This document shows positions 22,690-25,145 of a stretch of 25,145 nt of DNA, piece by piece (within the stretch, counting starts at the first letter, position 1; every line of letters starts with the position of its first letter). The stretch is from a virus (Duplodnaviria > Heunggongvirae > Uroviricota > Caudoviricetes): IMG/VR virus record IMGVR_UViG_3300027836_000006; one strand, given 5' to 3'. The translations under genes and the position numbers were made by a program. The notes under the pieces are model-generated. The model made no database searches. It saw only the letters and a program-made list of their open reading frames with translations, and was not told the DNA's origin.

Positions 22690-25145
22690 ATGGATTTAAG
22701 ATCATTAATTAACAAACTAGACGCTATTGAACAAGCTAAACTATTACTTGAATCAGAAGAGTTAATGGAACGAGTGGGTCTCAGATTACAAGACATTGAG
22801 CAAGCCGCTGGTCGCGAGCTCGATGACACAAAACGTGCAGCTATAATTGGCGACTTTGCTAGAAAGTTTGGCTATGCTGGGTTGTTTGATCCAAACACAG
22901 GTAAGTTTGTTAACAAAGATGGTAGGTTTGCTAGTTTCGGTGCTTATCAAAGCGAAGTTGAACAGCTAGAAGACGAAGGTTTAATTCCTAACAGCGCAAA
23001 GACATCCGCACTATTAGGCTTTCTAGGCAAAGATGAAAAAGCATCAAAGCCAACGGCATTTGCTAGAGCAGATTTGTTTGGTGCTATTGATAAGGCGGAC
23101 GGATTACTTGATAAAGCACTTGCTGAATCTGTTACAATGTCAAGCAATGTGTTAGAAGGTAAGAGTATTGCTAGCGCATTATTGGCCGAATTTGGGCTTA
23201 ATACAACTATTTTAGAAGCTATTACTCCAGAAGAACATCAGTTTCTTAAAAAGACAGTTAAGGATGCTGAATCAATTAAACACAAAGCAGATGCTATTGC
23301 TTTAATAACTAGATACAATAAAGAATATATTCCAGCACGTGATAGATTAATCGCAGAAATTAAAAAAATTATTGCTGCCATGGCTCCAGCGGCAGCTCCT
23401 GCTGCACGTGCTCCTGGGCAATCAGCTAGTGAGAGCGTATCCAGTAATTATAAAAAACCTATATTTGAATTAAAAGCAACCAAGCCAGGAATTACAATAC
23501 ATCAACCAAATTTCCTTGGATATCTCAGTCCCGAGAAAGCTAAACACAATGCCGACATGTTGAGGACAGGTAAAGCAGAATTAGAACCTTCAGATCATGT
23601 TGGTCAAAACGTAGCCGATTTGGCTAACGGATTAACATTTGGATTTGCTGACAAAGCGGCCGCATATTTAGACAGTGTAGCTACTGGTACTAAGTACGAT
23701 GACCAATTGGCAAAATATAAAGGTGGAACCGACGCATACAATAAAGACAAAAATGCTCTTAATGTACGTAACGCGGCCGGTGCCCTTGGCTATGAGATTG
23801 ACAAAGATAACATGCTAGGAAATATTACACCAGGTGACTTGCTTAGTTTGTTTGGCGGCGCTGGATTAATTAGAGCAGGAGCCAAGGGCGCAGCCAAGGT
23901 AGGCGGTGGCAAAGTTGCTCAAACTGCCGCAGGTCTTGGTACAGGTGTTGTCGCTCCAGTTGCGGCAGCTTTGACCATAGGTAATCCTGAAGAAGCCAAA
24001 AAGGCTGCTAAAGGCATGGATTCGAATACTATCAAAGCAATGCAAGCAGATCTTGTTAAGGCCAAAGCTAACTTAGGAAAATTTGGCCCGGATAAAAACG
24101 GTGTCGATGGCAAACTTGGTAAACTTACCCTAGCGGCTATGGCAGATCCAAAGTATTCTGATATTGTTCAAAAATATATTAAACCAAGTAGTGCTCCGGC
24201 AGCGGCAGCACCTGCGGCGGCAGTTCCGGCGGAAGCACCTGCGGCGGCAGCGGCAGCTCCAGCATCGGCAGAAGCACCGGCAGCGGCGGCAGCACCAGCG
24301 GCAGCTCCAGCATCGGCAGAAGCACCGGCAGCGGTGGCGGCACCAGCGGCGGCACCTATTAGACGCTCTGATGGATCTAACGGCGCTTATCCAGCATCAG
24401 CAACTGTTGCTTCAGCACCCGAATTAGATTCATTTGTACAAGATCCAAGTATAACCCCTCAAGTAGTTAAAGCGGCATTAGCAAAAGTTGGTGTAACTGG
24501 CAATAGCATTACTCCTGAACAATTATTAGCCTTAGCAACATCGTTAGGAATCAGCGAAGTAGCTGAGTCTACTGAATTAGATCGTATACGAAAATTATCT
24601 GGTTTGTCTGAGAGAACAGATCTTAATGAAGGACCGCGTGATAAATTTGCCAGTTGGGTGCTCGATACTATGATTGGCGCTGGAGGAAGAAAGGCAGAAC
24701 AAGCTACAATTGCAAATTTAGATGCTATTGGGCCAAGAGCGGCTGAAATTGCGGCAGCGAAAAAAGTTGCAAGAGAAATTCAAGCTCGAGGGGCCCCAGG
24801 CACGGCAGCAGTTCCGTCAGCACCGGCAGCGGCAGCAGTTCCGTCAGCACCGGCAGGGGCAGTTGCCGCTTTAGATCCAGTAGCAGATGCTGCCAAACAA
24901 ATGGCAGGTAAAAGTGCGGCTGAACTCCGAGCATTGGCAAACAATCCAAGTCTTACTGCGTTGCAAAGAAAAGCCGCTAATGCTGAATTACAAAGAATTG
25001 GTGGGGCTGTAGATAATGCAGCAGGTGCCGCAGATAATGCAGCAGGTGCTGTAGATAATGCAGCAGGTGCTGTAGATAATGCAGCAGGAGCAGGTTCTAG
25101 AGTAGCAGGTGCCGCAGATAATGCAGCAGGTGCTGTAGATAATGT
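22690..25145 (+). CDS. Large Ala-rich protein (>818 aa, 3'-truncated) with a peptidoglycan-binding domain; probable ejection/virion protein (absent from ORF track)
   Basis: I translated ATG 22690 to the window end with no stop. SD-like AGGAAAGAG; GLTFGFAD; Gly/Ala hydrophobic tract; PG_binding_1-like IKAMQADL...GVDGKLGKLT. Confidence 0.85.
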   Translation, partial: MDLRSLINKLDAIEQAKLLLESEELMERVGLRLQDIEQAAGRELDDTKRAAIIGDFARKFGYAGLFDPNTGKFVNKDGRFASFGAYQSEVEQLEDEGLIPNSAKTSALLGFLGKDEKASKPTAFARADLFGAIDKADGLLDKALAESVTMSSNVLEGKSIASALLAEFGLNTTILEAITPEEHQFLKKTVKDAESIKHKADAIALITRYNKEYIPARDRLIAEIKKIIAAMAPAAAPAARAPGQSASESVSSNYKKPIFELKATKPGITIHQPNFLGYLSPEKAKHNADMLRTGKAELEPSDHVGQNVADLANGLTFGFADKAAAYLDSVATGTKYDDQLAKYKGGTDAYNKDKNALNVRNAAGALGYEIDKDNMLGNITPGDLLSLFGGAGLIRAGAKGAAKVGGGKVAQTAAGLGTGVVAPVAAALTIGNPEEAKKAAKGMDSNTIKAMQADLVKAKANLGKFGPDKNGVDGKLGKLTLAAMADPKYSDIVQKYIKPSSAPAAAAPAAAVPAEAPAAAAAAPASAEAPAAAAAPAAAPASAEAPAAVAAPAAAPIRRSDGSNGAYPASATVASAPELDSFVQDPSITPQVVKAALAKVGVTGNSITPEQLLALATSLGISEVAESTELDRIRKLSGLSERTDLNEGPRDKFASWVLDTMIGAGGRKAEQATIANLDAIGPRAAEIAAAKKVAREIQARGAPGTAAVPSAPAAAAVPSAPAGAVAALDPVADAAKQMAGKSAAELRALANNPSLTALQRKAANAELQRIGGAVDNAAGAADNAAGAVDNAAGAVDNAAGAGSRVAGAADNAAGAVDN
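24193..24357 (+). repeat. Ala/Pro linker with a 48-bp-period duplication
   Basis: cagcggcagctccagcatcggcagaagcaccggcagcgg at 24248-24286 and 24296-24334. Confidence 0.9.
24802..24855 (+). repeat. 27-bp tandem repeat x2 (xAAVPSAPA)
   Basis: Units at 24802-24828 and 24829-24855. Confidence 0.9.
25003..25145 (+). repeat. 21-bp coding tandem repeat (GA[VA]DNAA), at least 7 units, running off the window
   Basis: Units start at 25003, 25024, 25045, 25066, 25087 (divergent GAGSRVA), 25108 and 25129. Confidence 0.95.

Noticed and set aside
403-24949. Numerous minus-strand and alternate-frame ORFs in the track (e.g. 2040-2534, 11161-11670, 13890-14534, 12992-13330, 24164-24427, 24725-24949)
   Set aside because: They lie wholly within well-supported genes, lack SD or motifs, and read as shadows of codon bias or repeats.
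25003-25145. 21-bp array with one divergent unit as a CRISPR or mini-array
   Set aside because: Units are contiguous with no unique spacers, in frame within a CDS, and vary at codon level; no cas genes in the window.
1-25145. Stop-codon reassignment (seen in some large phages)
   Set aside because: Recognisable genes are full length in the standard code, and TAA, TGA and TAG (groES) all end genes at sensible positions.
1-25145. tRNA, rRNA, integrase or transposase
   Set aside because: Intergenic gaps are at most about 160 nt, none shows a cloverleaf or T-loop signature, and no recombinase motifs were seen.

Overview
A gene-dense, AT-rich segment of a large lytic myophage-like genome (T4-like/jumbo style). 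The host is Gram-negative, judged from the two-component spanin and consensus sigma70 promoters. All credible genes are on + except phoH. In order: end of a baseplate/tail gene and a tail-fibre gene; a stand-alone 169-aa fragment of DNA polymerase III alpha; a GroES-like co-chaperonin; clamp-loader small subunit; dCMP deaminase; phoH; two conserved hypotheticals; an extended lysis cassette (GH19 endolysin, i-/o-spanin, 3TM holin and four more envelope proteins); a dnaJ-def-clpA operon. The last 8.7 kb is a block of probable capsid-internal/ejection proteins sharing a capsid-targeting-like N-terminus. That block includes an RNA-ligase-like (KxDG/EGYV) gene coupled to an HxGH nucleotidyltransferase, Dps, and a >818-aa repeat-rich peptidoglycan-binding protein that the ORF track misses. 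Top leads: (1) the putative virion-packaged enzyme payload, (2) a two-state SD-sequestering RNA structure upstream of phoH, (3) the split DnaE, (4) hairpins fused to sigma70 promoters. Family names come from motif recognition only; no searches were run.
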